A stretch of 64,000 nt of DNA from an uncultured archaeon (lineage in GTDB: Archaea; Thermoproteota; Bathyarchaeia; Bathyarchaeales; Bathycorpusculaceae). The translations under genes were made by a program, and so were the position numbers. The stretch covers positions 96,001 to 160,000 of the forward strand of contig CAWALK010000001.1 of NCBI GenBank assembly GCA_963782915.1. The letters are read 5' to 3'. The notes beneath the pieces were generated by a model. The model had not been told where the DNA came from. It saw nothing but the letters and a program-made list of their open reading frames with translations, and made no database searches. Within the stretch, counting starts at the first letter, position 1; each line of letters opens with the position of its first letter. This document shows positions 27,205 to 38,748 of this stretch, piece after piece.

Positions 27205-29104
27205 TGCCCATCGACTACGCAAAAGTCGGCTTAAAAGTCGGCTTAGAAATCCACCAACAACTCAACGTCGGCAGCAAACTCTTCTGCAGTTGCCCGCCTG
27301 AACTATTTAAGGAAGAACCAGAAATCACATTCCTACGCCGATTGAGACCAACCCAGAGCGAACTGGGCCAAGTAGACCCTGCAGCCTTCTTCGAATTCCA
27401 GAAAGGCGTAAAAATCCTCTACGAAGCCAGCCATAAAAGCAGCTGCCTAGTCGAAATGGACGAGGAACCCCCACACCCAATCAACCTCGACGCAGTCAAA
27501 GTCGTCTTAACCGCTTCATTAATGATGAATATGCAGCCCGTTGACGAAGTCCATGTGATGCGCAAAACCGTCATCGACGGCTCAAACACCACAGGCTTCC
27601 AACGCACCACCATCATCGCCTTGGACGGCTGGATCAAAGTCGGCGACAAAATCATTCCCATGCAAGCCTCCAGCCTCGAAGAAGACGCAGCACGCAAAAC
27701 AGGCACGCAGGATGAGGGCAAAACCATCCGTTACCGCATCGACCGCTTAGGCATTCCACTAATCGAAGTCGCCACGGCACCTGTAATCTATTCGCCGCAG
27801 GAAGCCCAAGAAGTCGCCCTTGCCATCGGCAGAATACTCCGAGACACAGGCAAAGTCATGCGTGGACTTAGGCACCATCCGCCAAGACCTTAACGTTTCC
27901 TTGCCAAACGGCGCATTAATCGAAATAAAAGGTGTACAAGCACTCGACTTAATCGCCACCGTCGTTGACTATGAAGTTCAGCGCCAACTAAACTTGATTG
28001 CTATCAAAGAGGAACTCGCCAAACGAGGCATCACACCCGACTCGCTAAAAGCAGAGTTTGTTGATGTTACAGGACTCTTCAAAGCCACAAAGAGCAAAGT
28101 AATCCGCAAAGCAGTCGACAAAAACCAAAAAGTTCTCGCTGTCAAATTCTCAGGCTTCAACGGTTTAACTGGCCGCGAATTGATGCCCAACTTCCGCTTA
28201 GGCAGCGAACTATCTGATTACGCAAAATTCTGGGGCAGAGTCGGCGGCATATTCCACACTGACGAAGTCCTCGCCAATTATGGTATCACACCTGAAGAAG
28301 TCAAAGCCCTAAGAGACGCAGTTGGCGCAGCAGAAATAGACGCAGTAGTTTTTGTCGCTGACACCGCAGAGAATACCTATGACGCACTCAAGGCAGTTGT
28401 TGACCGCGCACAAGTAGCCTGCAATTGCATCCCGCAGGAAACCCGAACAGCAAAAGACGACGGCACCTCCCGCTACATGCGTCCACGACCAGGCGCAGCA
28501 AGAATGTACCCCGAAACCGACATTCCACCCCAACCAATAACCAACGAATTAGTCACGTTGGTCAGGGAAAATTTGCCTGAGTCAGCCGACAAAAAAACCG
28601 CACGCCTAATCAAACAATACGGCTTAAACGACAAATTAGCCAAGCAACTCTTAGACTCCGAATACCTCGAAGCCTTTGAAGAAGCAGCCCAAAAAAGCGG
28701 CACAGCAGCCTCCACAGTAGCGGCGTTTCTAACTGAAACCGTGAAATCACTAAAACGTGACGGTATCCAAACCGAAAACGTCTCAGATGACCAAATCCGT
28801 GGCATATTTGCAGCGGTCGGTTCAGGGGAACTTGCCAAAGAAGCTATCGCAGACGTGTTTAGTTGGCTAGCCAAGAACGAGGGCAAAACAGTGCAGGACG
28901 CAGTTACTGCTTTAGGGCTTAAAATGTTCACCGAAGCAGATTTGGCGCCAGTGATTGATCGCATCATCGCCGCCAACAAAGCCCAAATCGAAAAATTGGG
29001 CAAGAACGCGTTTGGTATGCTCATGGGCGCCGCCATGAAGGAAGTACGAGGCAAAGCCAACCCTGAACTCGTCGGCAAACTGCTTGCGTGAACGGTTCAA
29101 GTAG
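27204..29104 (+). CDS. gatE: Glutamyl-tRNA(Gln) amidotransferase subunit E, frameshifts at about 27867 and 29086
   Basis: GLKVGLEIHQQL, RKTVIDGSNTTGFQRT, GTIRQDLNVS, RPRPGAARMYPETDIP. Confidence 0.95.
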
Positions 29105-29186
29105 CCACCAAATCTCCTTTCTTTTATTTGTTTTACTGCTAAGTGTTAAATACCTAAAAATTGAAACAGAATTTTGGTACCCGAAT

Positions 29187-29762
29187 TTGAAAACAGTCTT
29201 AAAAGCATTCGTCACAGCAATGATCCTCTTAGCGGCGTTTTTCGGAACCTATTATGCCACTGTCAACTTATATCATGTCGAGTTGGTTAACGTTCACTCT
29301 TTCCCAACGAGCCATATGCCTATTAACTCTGCAAGTGCATCGGACATGTGGTTTTCTCAGATGCTTTCGTTAGGACCTGCTGCGGGTTCGGTTAATGTTT
29401 CGCGAGATACAGTGTTGGTGATTAATGAGCCCAGACCTGTTAGAGTGGAAAACATCACATTCACCCCTCAGGTTGAGATAGCAGAGCGATTGGATGAACA
29501 TTTTCCAGTGGCATCTGCTAAAATCACTGTTTTCCCAGCGGGGTTACTGAAGCCTAACACAACTTACAATGTGACTGCAACGATTGGGGATAATCTGGTG
29601 TGGTGGAGTTTCACGACTGGAACAGAACCCCAACAACAACCGATCACAGCCAACACATCTATGCAAACCGCTATCTGGTACGCTTTTGGGGCTGCGGCTC
29701 TCATAACTCTATTGACGGCAGCATGCATAGTTCTGTTTCTTCGCAAACGCAAGCATGTCTAA
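29187..29762 (+). CDS. Membrane-anchored protein with Ig-like (Big_5/SbsA-like) domain
   Basis: N- and C-terminal TM; P...SVNVSRDT...LKPNTTYNVT...WSFTT. Start uncertain. Confidence 0.65.
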   Translation: MKTVLKAFVTAMILLAAFFGTYYATVNLYHVELVNVHSFPTSHMPINSASASDMWFSQMLSLGPAAGSVNVSRDTVLVINEPRPVRVENITFTPQVEIAERLDEHFPVASAKITVFPAGLLKPNTTYNVTATIGDNLVWWSFTTGTEPQQQPITANTSMQTAIWYAFGAAALITLLTAACIVLFLRKRKHV

Positions 29763-29832
29763 TTGTTTGCTGTAAAGTTGTCACAAATCCTAAAAAGCCA
29801 AGCAGTCCATATAGCCCTTTGAGGCACAGTCA

Positions 29833-30303
29833 TTGAAGCATATCGAAGCCCGCATAAAGACATCGTTTGGAGAAGTCGTCATCGAAGGGGAAACCCCGCA
29901 GGAAATCCTCGACATGCTAAGTAGTATGCCTGAAGATTTTACTGAGAAACTCGCCGATTTTGTATCTAATCGTTTAACGCCCTCTGGAGCGCAACTAAAA
30001 GGCATAGTCGAACCCACCACGGAGGGGCCAGTGATTGTTACTCGTGAAAACCTTACCCACTATGAGGCGGTTGGTTTGGTGTTGTATGCTTCTGATGATC
30101 GGAGGAATACGGCGGCGCAGGTGCAGAAGCTTCTTGAATCCAGCGGCATCAAAAGCATGGTGCCAGCGAGGCTTAATGAGATGACTAAGCGTGGGCAAGT
30201 TTTCAAGCCTGATCCGAGTAAGCCTGAGTTTAAGTTGACGATTCAGGGTGAGAAGTGGCTTGAGGATGAAGTGCTTAGTAAGCTTCGGGGCAAAATGAAT
30301 TAG
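29833..30303 (+). CDS. Hypothetical protein with probable C-terminal winged helix
   Basis: 156-aa ORF; VPARLNEMTKRGQV...FKLTIQGEKW. Confidence 0.7.
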   Translation: MKHIEARIKTSFGEVVIEGETPQEILDMLSSMPEDFTEKLADFVSNRLTPSGAQLKGIVEPTTEGPVIVTRENLTHYEAVGLVLYASDDRRNTAAQVQKLLESSGIKSMVPARLNEMTKRGQVFKPDPSKPEFKLTIQGEKWLEDEVLSKLRGKMN

Positions 30304-30404
30304 GCGAATCGATTTGCTCTAAGAACCCGCAAAATAGGGTCAAGCGCAGGCCTGTATGAAAAAATTTATTACTGACTTGATTCAAAGTTCTTAGTGGAGA
30401 TGCA

Positions 30405-30654
30405 ATGAATCTTCCTTTTTTAATGGCAATCGTCTACTCGATACTGGATAGCCTCGGACTCGGAAGCATTGATTGGGTTTTTCTGCATGATTTTAGTCAT
30501 CATTGGCTTAGTCATCATTGTCCTCATCAGACTTTTCTTGGTACTCATACCCGCGATACTCATAGCTATAGTTGTGTATTTCTTGACTGGCGGCGACTTG
30601 TTCTGGACAGGCATAGCTTTCTTGGTTGTTGCGGCGATTATCTATACTTGCTAA
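30405..30654 (+). CDS. Small hydrophobic membrane protein (probable frameshift near 30465)
   Basis: GGAG plus ATG at 30405; hydrophobic frame 30469..30654. Confidence 0.55.
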
Positions 30655-30866
30655 GTTGTAGCAATAGCTGAAATCAACCCTTTTTTCTTATTTTGATTTT
30701 TAGCCTAAAATTTCTATAGCCCAAGTTTGAACGTTTTTTTCATTAATCAGCCCGTTTTTGCCTGATTTGCCCTTGTTTGCTTATTTTCTTATAGGCTGTT
30801 TTTCATAAGCCTTTTATATTCGGTAGGAGGTTCTTGCATATTAACAGGAATGGACAGGGACCAATA

Positions 30867-31115
30867 ATGTCAATGATGGAACCAAGTAAAAAACCATTAA
30901 ACGTTCTCATAAAACAGTTACACGGCAACATCGAAGTTGTTCTCAAGAACGGCTATGAATACAAGGGTAAAATGATAAAGGTCGATGGACACATGAACAT
31001 CCTTCTCGAGGGCGCAACCGAGTGTAAAGAAGAACAACTCATGACCAACTACGGTAACGTGCTACTTCGCGGAAACAACGTCCTATACATCGTTTTAAAT
31101 GCGAACATACACTAA
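30867..31115 (+). CDS. Sm-like archaeal protein (LSm/SmAP)
   Basis: VVLKNGYEYKGKMIKVDGHMNILL, LLRGNNVLYI. Confidence 0.93.
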   Translation: MSMMEPSKKPLNVLIKQLHGNIEVVLKNGYEYKGKMIKVDGHMNILLEGATECKEEQLMTNYGNVLLRGNNVLYIVLNANIH

Positions 31116-32011
31116 ACGGGTAAGCATTTAGCTTCCCCTATTACATATTCGCAGGCTTCTTTTACAGCCAATTCTACATCGAATTTTCGGCTAAAGTAAG
31201 TTAGCACATTCTTTAAATCACGTTCTAACATTTCGGATGCGTTTGCGTGATCGGTTTTTACTGCTTGGGGCCAATCGATAATTAAAATGTGGCCGTCAGG
31301 CTGCAATATGATGTTGTATTCGCTTAAGTCGCCGTGTATAAGATGCGCTTTGAGATAGGTTTTTTTTATGTTGCGCAGTATTTCGCGGAGTACTTTTTCT
31401 GGTTTGCCGATGTCTTTGTATTTAATTAATTGGGCTCCTTCAATCATGCCCATGGCTATGATGTGGCGGTTGTGGCTGATGGGTTCAGGTATGGAAACAC
31501 CGTTTGCGTAGGCTAGTTTCATGGCTTCGAATTCATGATCTGCCGCTATATGCGATTGGAAAAGCCAGCTTGAGTGTTCTCTGGCGTAGCCTCTTTTGCG
31601 TCTTGTTTGCCTAAAACTAATCCTGCCCAACCTGTGGAATTTGATGGCTATGCGTTTGCCGTCGGGGCTTAATGCGTCATAGACGTCGGCTTCTTTGCCT
31701 ACGCCTAAGCTTTGGCCGAACGAGGAGATTACTCCTTCTTTTACGAGGTTGTTTATGGCTAAGCAGTCGTATCCTGCATAGTTCAGGGTTTGGCCGCTGT
31801 AGGCGCCTCTGATTTGGTAGATTAAGCCCAGCTTGTTGAGTCTGCCAAGCGTGTATGTGATGCGTTCAAGAGGCACTTTTGCGTAGTCACGAATCTGCTC
31901 GGTTGGGACGTATTCATGTTTCGCCATTCCCACTTCGATAATATGGAGTACTCTGAAATCTTCGCTTTCTAATTCACGATATACCCCTACAGCAATATCA
32001 GCACTTGACAT
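31112..32011 (-). CDS. rio2: RIO2-type serine/threonine kinase
   Basis: N-terminal wHTH, GYDCLA, GVGKEADVY, KFHRLGRISF, HGDLSEYNI, IIDWPQ. Confidence 0.93.
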   Translation of the reverse strand: MSSADIAVGVYRELESEDFRVLHIIEVGMAKHEYVPTEQIRDYAKVPLERITYTLGRLNKLGLIYQIRGAYSGQTLNYAGYDCLAINNLVKEGVISSFGQSLGVGKEADVYDALSPDGKRIAIKFHRLGRISFRQTRRKRGYAREHSSWLFQSHIAADHEFEAMKLAYANGVSIPEPISHNRHIIAMGMIEGAQLIKYKDIGKPEKVLREILRNIKKTYLKAHLIHGDLSEYNIILQPDGHILIIDWPQAVKTDHANASEMLERDLKNVLTYFSRKFDVELAVKEACEYVIGEAKCLPV

Positions 32012-32175
32012 AAGTAATCATTTAATAGGTTGTTTTATTCTAATAGAATATCTGTCACCGAATTAAAGAGTTTTTTGAGTGTGACTTATATGGGAGAAGT
32101 CCGATTAAAATGGGTTATAAGCCAAAATCGTATAACAAAATGTTTCCCAATTAGTAAAAGCAATGGTTTTGAAAT

Positions 32176-32889
32176 ATGGCTGTAAGTCAAGAAAGTGTTT
32201 CCAAAGTGCTTTCGGTCCTTTCACATCCCCTTAGACGGGATATATTATTGGACTTAAGCAATAATGGAGAGTCATCCTTCACTGATTTGCTAAATCTACT
32301 CAAGGTAGATACTGGCAAACTCAGTTTCCACTTGCGTTCTCTCTCGCCCTTTATAGAGCAGACGCCAAGCGGCAAATACAAACTTAGTAGAGCAGGCGAA
32401 AGCGCTGTACGCGTCATCCATGATGTTGAAGGCTGGGCAGAAGTCGCTGATGTACAGGGCAAAGCAAGCACATTACCGCTGTCTTCATTTAAAAAACGGA
32501 GTTTTGCCTTCTTAATCGACTTTGCTTTAATCGTTGCTATAACCATGGCTATTACATTCATTCCGCAACTTCTATCCCTTAATTCACCCGGACAACTCGG
32601 CAGCGAAATCAGCACAGTGCTCTTTATCACCATCGGCCTGCTTTGGCTCTACTCCACATTGCTGGAGGGCTTCAACGGTCAAAGCATAGGCAAACGCGTC
32701 ATCGGCCTCAAAGTCGTCCGCACGGACGGAAAGAAAATGTCCTACGACCATGCAGCTGTGCGCAACTTCGGCAAAGTCTTGCCCCTGTTGCCCTTTGATT
32801 TGCTGTTAGGTTGGCGCATAAAAAGCCAAGCTTTCATGCGTTACTTCGACAAGTTCGCGGGCACAACTGTTATTGACCTGCGCTCTTAA
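32176..32889 (+). CDS. ArsR-type wHTH fused to RDD membrane domain
   Basis: LSHPLRRDIL...TGKLSFHL; KRSFAFLID, GQSIGKRVIGLKVV, FDKFAGTTV. Confidence 0.85.
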   Translation: MAVSQESVSKVLSVLSHPLRRDILLDLSNNGESSFTDLLNLLKVDTGKLSFHLRSLSPFIEQTPSGKYKLSRAGESAVRVIHDVEGWAEVADVQGKASTLPLSSFKKRSFAFLIDFALIVAITMAITFIPQLLSLNSPGQLGSEISTVLFITIGLLWLYSTLLEGFNGQSIGKRVIGLKVVRTDGKKMSYDHAAVRNFGKVLPLLPFDLLLGWRIKSQAFMRYFDKFAGTTVIDLRS

Positions 32890-32963
32890 TTCCCCTTTTC
32901 AACCAATTTTTTGATGTAAAATCTTATTTGCCCCCTCAGCATAGCCTTGTAGGTGGAGATTGT

Positions 32964-33428
32964 ATGAGCGATAAGGAACTCAGGGTCAACAAAATCAAAG
33001 ATGGCACAGTAATCGATCACATTCGCGGCGGCTACGCACTCGATGTCGTAAACATTTTAGGCATAACTGGCAAAGAGAAACGAGTCATGACCATAGCGAT
33101 TAACGTGCCAAGCAAACACCTTGGCGTTAAAGATATCGTAAAAATCGAAGGCAAAGCCCTAAACGCCGAAGAAGTAAACCGCATCGCCCTGGTCGCTCCG
33201 CGTGCGTCAATCAACATCATTAAAGATTACTTGGTAGTTGAGAAACTCGAAGTAAAACTGCCCCAAACCATCGAAGGCATAATAAAATGCGGCAACCCCT
33301 GCTGCGTAAGCAACAACGGCGAACCCATCTCTTCCAAATTCCATGTGAAAAACGAAGAGCCGCTTGTGCTAAAATGCCACTACTGCGGCGTCACCCTCGA
33401 ACAAACCGATGTCTTAGCTCAACTCTAA
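32964..33428 (+). CDS. pyrI: Aspartate carbamoyltransferase regulatory chain
   Basis: IKDGTVIDHI, KDIVKIE, CGNPCCVS, KCHYC. Confidence 0.95.
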   Translation: MSDKELRVNKIKDGTVIDHIRGGYALDVVNILGITGKEKRVMTIAINVPSKHLGVKDIVKIEGKALNAEEVNRIALVAPRASINIIKDYLVVEKLEVKLPQTIEGIIKCGNPCCVSNNGEPISSKFHVKNEEPLVLKCHYCGVTLEQTDVLAQL

Positions 33429-33868
33429 GGCAACCGCTGCTCCGCCAGCGCATAGAGAGCCTCAAAATCTTTTTTACTCAACTGTTTGCCCTGATTAATC
33501 ATTGGGCACTCCAGCGTGTAACTGAAAACATGCGTATCCTTGTCCTGGTCGAATTTTAATTCGAAAGGGTAGTATCTGCAAATCAGCGGCCGCAACTCAT
33601 AGTTGGTGCATTTGTTGTCTTTTAAAAAGAAGCAGTCGCCTTCGGGCTTCTTCATTTCATAGATGTACGGTTGGGTTCCGTTGGATTCGTTGGCGAAATC
33701 TTCAATGGGTAATCCTGTTTGGGCTGAAATCTCTTCAGCTTCGCTCTCCAGCAGCAAAATATGCCGTCGCCTTTTGTGGTCTGTGTCGCCGCAGCATAAG
33801 CCACAGCAGTTGCATTCGAAGCAGACGTTAGTCTGGGTAGGTGAAGTCCACTTTTCCTCACACCACAC
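33425..33868 (-). CDS. YkgJ/UPF0153 cysteine-cluster protein
   Basis: CNCCGLCC, CFFL...CTNYELRPLICRYYPF. Confidence 0.88.
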   Translation of the reverse strand: MWCEEKWTSPTQTNVCFECNCCGLCCGDTDHKRRRHILLLESEAEEISAQTGLPIEDFANESNGTQPYIYEMKKPEGDCFFLKDNKCTNYELRPLICRYYPFELKFDQDKDTHVFSYTLECPMINQGKQLSKKDFEALYALAEQRLP

Positions 33869-33897
33869 TTGGCGAATAGGGATAAAAATGTAGTGCG

Positions 33898-34423
33898 CTA
33901 GCGGTCTTTTTTCGGGGGCGCCACACCATTATCATGCTTATATTTCCCCTCATAGCCCGTAACCAAAGGCGTTTTTAGCTCTGCAAATACCAAATGCAGA
34001 AAACCGTGTTTTTACGGGAATTTTGATTGGGAAGGGGCCGCCTGATATTTGGATGGTAAGGTTGCCTTCAAACCCCGCATCAACAACGGTCGGAGGAATA
34101 GAGGCGCCGGCCCTTGAGAATGTGCTTCGGAGCTGACAGAAAGCCATCAAATCATTGCCTAACTTCACTTTCTCCAAAGTGGCAACCAGTACCTTCTCGT
34201 ACTTACCCAAAACAAAAGAGTCCGCGGCTTTTTCCTTAAAATAGAGCCCCTCATTATTCGGCGACTGTATATCCAGCACTTTATCGGTGGGTTGTAAACG
34301 CACTATTTCCTCAGAGAAACGTAGGTCTACGCCGTTTTCCCTTATTGTATCCTCACTTAATGGGTTAATTGTCAGCGATCCCTGCTCGATAGCTTTCTTC
34401 AAATCCAACGCAGACAGTATCAA
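33898..34423 (-). CDS. dcd: dCTP deaminase (frameshift near 3' end)
   Basis: MILS, ENGVDLR, RSTFSRAG, VDAGFEGNLT. Shifted tail LHLVFAELKTP...YEGKY, stop at 33898. Confidence 0.9.
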
Positions 34424-34520
34424 TTTGCCTCACGGAACCTATCGATAAGTAGTAACAATCACTTATCAAAATTACTAAAGGACAACTCTTTCTGAAATAA
34501 GTGAGGGCATCTCATTGCGG

Positions 34521-34550
34521 CTTTATATAAGGGAGGGGGTAGGTGCTCTG
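34521..34550 (+). repeat. Repeat family A, diverged copy
   Basis: CTTTATATAAGGGAGGGGGTAGGTGCTCTG. Confidence 0.55.
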
Positions 34551-34724
34551 AGGTAGGTAGTAGGCAGCTCTGTTTGTTTTTGCGTCCTTTTTATAGGGGA
34601 TAGGGGAGAAGTCGGCAAAGCAACAAACTTATTCCACCTTAACCTGACCTGCTTGCTGAAAACGTCCCAACCAACCAGCAACCAACCCCAAAGGCAGACA
34701 CCAAAAAGCAGCCGTTAGCCAAGC

Positions 34725-34775
34725 CCAATGGTAGTTGTTGTGTGTAGAGGTTTTTGCGGTAATAGCAACTGTAGA
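34725..34775 (+). repeat. Repeat family B, diverged copy
   Basis: CCAATGGTAGTTGTTGTGTGTAGAGG...TAGCAACTGTAGAA. Confidence 0.55.
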
Positions 34776-35011
34776 AAGATAAGCACTCACCCAAATTTTG
34801 ATCTACCATTAAGGGCGGGGTCCTTGCAGAGAAACTGTTCGGGTGTTATCTTTTTAGAAGCTAAAGTTAACGCTACAACAATTTAGGTATTTTCCATTAG
34901 AATTCTGGATTCAGAACTCTTAAGAATAAACTACCCAATAATTGGCTCAAGAAAGTATTCGTTAGGTTCACTAGCTATCTGGCGAGTAAGGTGTATACAT
35001 AGAAAAGTAGG

Positions 35012-37335
35012 ATGCAAAAAGCGTTGAAGAAGGCAGTACCGTTAACACTGGTTATTCTCTTAACAGTTGCACTTTTCACGTTTGCCCAGTGTACCTTCTC
35101 TGAAACAACAGGTACCCCAACAAACCTTAACATCTACACCGGCACCCCAACTATTCTTGCAGACAACAACAGTTACCAATACATCTTTGTCCAACTGCAA
35201 AATTCCAGCGCAAAACCAACCCGCGCCCCCGAAGACATAACAGTTGACCTCTCATCTTCACTAACCTCTATCGGTTCAGTAGAGTCACCGATCACCATAA
35301 AAAAAGGCGAATCTTTAGCAGCCGCATATTTCACCTCTACATTTACGCCCGGAACAACAGCCATATCGGCTTCAGCAACAGGATACCCCACTGTTATGGC
35401 TAATGTAACAACCGTTGGGCCCCTGCCTTCAGCATTAGGCGTCTATGGAATACCTTCCACGTTACCCTCAGATGGCGAATCATATGAGGCAATAATGGTT
35501 CAACTACAAGATTCAAGCGGTATTCCAGCAAGAGCCCCCCAAGGAGGCGTTAATGTGGCGTTAACATCTTCTGACACAACAGTAGGCAACGTGAGCTCAA
35601 CAGTCTCAATTAAGTTAGGGGAAACCTATGCATTGGCCAACTTCACAACTACAACAAAAGCACAAACAGAAGCAAAAATCCAAAACACAACTATAACAGC
35701 AGTATCTCAAGGATACACACCCGGCCAAGTAACGATAACAACAACACCCATCGCTTCAAACCCAACAAAACTGAAAATATTCTCGGGTCCACTCCAAACT
35801 CCAGCCGACGCAGGCTCCTATGAACAAATTGCTCTACAACTGCAAAATGCTTCAGGTTACGCAGCAAAAAAGAATTCGAATACTCCCGTGAATTTAGCCT
35901 CAAACGATGATAGCGTTTGCAGAATCCAAGAAGTCACTATACTACCCCAGAAAACCTACGCAAAAACCAATCTCACTACAACCTATAAAGCGGGATCAGC
36001 AAACATAACCGCCGTAGCTAACGATTTCCCCCTAACCACTCAATTGATAAAAACCTCAGGGTTTGTTCCCTCCAAATTAGCGGTTTACTGCTTCCCAACT
36101 TTACCTTCAGACGGTGCAACATACAAAACAGTACATGTGCAACTGCAGAATGCACAGGGGCAACCCGCAAGAGCCATCCGAAACCAACGTTAAGGTTAAC
36201 CTATTTTCATCCCAATCGACCCTTGGATCAATAAGCGCTACAGTAACAATACCGTCTGGGCAAACACAAGCAACAGCAAACTTTACAACAACATACCAGC
36301 CAGGCACTACTACGATAACCGCGCAAGCATCAGGTTACACTACCGGACAAACAACACTGTCTTCCTGTATTATCGATCGCTACCAAATTCTTACCGACGT
36401 GTTGGGTAATGGCACGATTAGTCCAAGCGGAAGTGTTGGTTAATATTGGCAGCAACCAAACCTTCAATATGGCAGCGAAAAACGGCTACCACATCGCTGA
36501 CGTGCTCGTGGACGATGTTTCCCAAGGACCCGTTTCATCTTATACGCTAACAAATACCCTGAGTACCCACACGATAGTTGCCCAATTCTCGATCAATACC
36601 TACAGCATAACAGTATCCCAGACAGGTAATGGATCAATTACTCCGGGAACGTGCGCCGTCAGTCATGGCGAATCCCCCGAATTTACTATCACACCCAACA
36701 CTGGCTATTCAATCTCAAAAATCATGGCAAATGGCCAATCAGTTACCGTAAATTCATCTTCCAATCAAAAATACCGATTTAGCCCCATAACCTCTAATGC
36801 CTCACTAACTGCCCTTTTTGAGCCAAACAAATACACAGTCGAAGTAATCCAGGCCACCAATGGTGCTATTAGCCCAGGAACAACCGTTCTCAATTACAAT
36901 GAAAACCAAACATTCACTATAACACCAAAGACGGGCTACCATATAGTGGATGTTCTTGTTAACGGAACATCCGTAGGCGCCGTTAGCTCCTACACACTTG
37001 GAAATATTAATGCATCATCTACCATAAAGGCCATCTACCAAGCTAACCCAGCCGCAACTCCCTCGCCATCCTCAACTCCGACATCATCACCAACAGCAAC
37101 CCCAACAGCCGCACCATCTAAAACACCCACACCAACCCCAACAGAATCCTCATCTCCAGACATTTCCCCATCCCCTGACCCCGAGACGGCTGAAGTATCC
37201 TCGGATTTCTTTGCATCAATACCAATGAGTGTCCGTTATGCATTGGCAGCTGCTTTAGCCATAGTCAGTGCTGCAATGGCTTTTATCATTAAGAAGAAAA
37301 CTGCTGGCGATAAATTGTTCGAGATGCCCGCATAG
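35012..37335 (+). CDS. Large surface protein with repeated Ig-like domains, InlB-B-like repeats, PT linker and C-terminal TM; two frameshifts (about 36175 and 36435)
   Basis: Signal peptide; four repeats of VQLQ(N/D)...P.RAP...V.L.SS; repeats of NG.ISP...QTF.I.P..GYHI.DVLV. Confidence 0.8.
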
Positions 37336-37654
37336 CAAATCTTCGACCTTCTTACCCAATATAATCACTATTCTGTTTGAGTCCCCCTCGGATGTCCATA
37401 CAGAAACTTTTAATGCAGAGGGCTCCTTTGAGGAACATCAAACCCAAGGCGGCTAGCGCATACGCTTCCATATACGGCTTTATATAAGGGGCCTATAGAA
37501 AAAAATCGCATCTAACTCTCCCTAAACTGCAATGCCAAGCCCAACTGACGCCCGACAACACAAAAAACGGAAAAGAACCAAACACAAATCTACATACAAA
37601 CGCTACACCTCTGGCAAAGGTTTATTTCATTGCATCACGTTTTGATGTGAAATT

Positions 37655-37705
37655 GCAGACGGACAACCCTGTCCGATGGGATGTGGCCGAAAGGCTGAAC
37701 CACAA
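37655..37705 (+). promoter_or_regulatory. Structured 5' leader of rpl15e (candidate ribosomal-protein leader)
   Basis: TTTATTT at 37621; hairpin CGGACA-accc-TGTCCG (37660-37675); GCC-GAAA-GGC hairpin inside TGTG/CACA (37682-37704). Confidence 0.5.
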
Positions 37706-37735
37706 GCAGAAAAACACAAAAAGAACGTGAAAAAC

Positions 37736-38350
37736 ATGGCATACAAATACATCGCCGAAGAATGGGCAAAGCCAGAAAAAAGCTTCGTCGAAGAACTCAT
37801 GCGTCAACGCCTAGTACAATGGCGTAAACAACCATCAACATTGCGCATTGAGAATCCAACAAGACTCGACAAAGCAAGAGGTCTAGGCTATAAAGCCAAA
37901 CAAGGCTTCGTAATGGCAAGAACCAAAGTCCGCAGAGGTGGACTTAGAAAAATTCGGCCAAAATCAGGCAGACGCCCCAAACGTATGGGTGTCGCTAAAT
38001 TCAAACCCGCAAAAAGCCTCCGCTTAATCGCGGAAGAAAGAACCGCAAAACACTTCCCGAACCTAGAAGTACTCAACAGCTACTGGGTAGGCGAAGACGG
38101 CAAACACAAATGGTTCGAAGTTATCCTCGTAGATCCATTCGCACCAACCATCCAAACAGACAAAGACATCGGTTGGATAACTGAGAAACAGCACACAAGC
38201 CGTGTCTTCCGCAGCATGACAAGCGCAGGCAAAAAGGTTAGAGGCTTACATCATAAGGGTATAGGCTCAGAAAAAGCACGTCCAAGTCACCGTAGAGGCG
38301 CAAAGAAACACAACGGCGTAAAACTGCAACGCAAAGGAGACGGAATATAG
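37736..38350 (+). CDS. rpl15e: 50S ribosomal protein L15e
   Basis: [41 protein letters not shown]. Confidence 0.97.
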   Translation: MAYKYIAEEWAKPEKSFVEELMRQRLVQWRKQPSTLRIENPTRLDKARGLGYKAKQGFVMARTKVRRGGLRKIRPKSGRRPKRMGVAKFKPAKSLRLIAEERTAKHFPNLEVLNSYWVGEDGKHKWFEVILVDPFAPTIQTDKDIGWITEKQHTSRVFRSMTSAGKKVRGLHHKGIGSEKARPSHRRGAKKHNGVKLQRKGDGI

Positions 38351-38554
38351 ATGCACCACATAAAACCAGTCATCACTAAACAAAACGGCAAACACAAAAC
38401 AGGCAAAGGCTTCAGTCCAGACGAACTAAAAGCAGCAGGCATCAGCAAGCAACAAGCATGGCAAGCAGGCTTACCAGTTGATATGCGCCGCAAAAGTAGC
38501 CACGACGAAAACGTAGCTGCAATTAAAGCGCACACCAAACAAACAGAAGCCTAA
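38351..38554 (+). CDS. rpl13e: 50S ribosomal protein L13e (short archaeal form)
   Basis: GKGFSPDELKAAGI...GLPVDMRRKS...ENV. Confidence 0.9.
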   Translation: MHHIKPVITKQNGKHKTGKGFSPDELKAAGISKQQAWQAGLPVDMRRKSSHDENVAAIKAHTKQTEA

Positions 38555-38748
38555 ACCTTCCTTATTTACACTCGATTTTTCGAGTGTTTCAAATTTTATT
38601 TTATCTTTTCTAAATCTTATTTCTTTCTTTTAACCTCAAAATCAGTTGATAAGAAACAAAGCTAATGCTAACACCTAAAGTTGACTACACAAAACAAAAC
38701 TTCTAAATTGCGGTACATAGAATAAACACACCAGAACGAGGGAAGTTT

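Noticed and set aside
16279-29104. leuS, elp3 and gatE as pseudogenes, split genes or programmed frameshifts
   Set aside because: These are conserved translation genes with intact motifs on both sides of each break and no slippery sites, so sequencing error is more likely.
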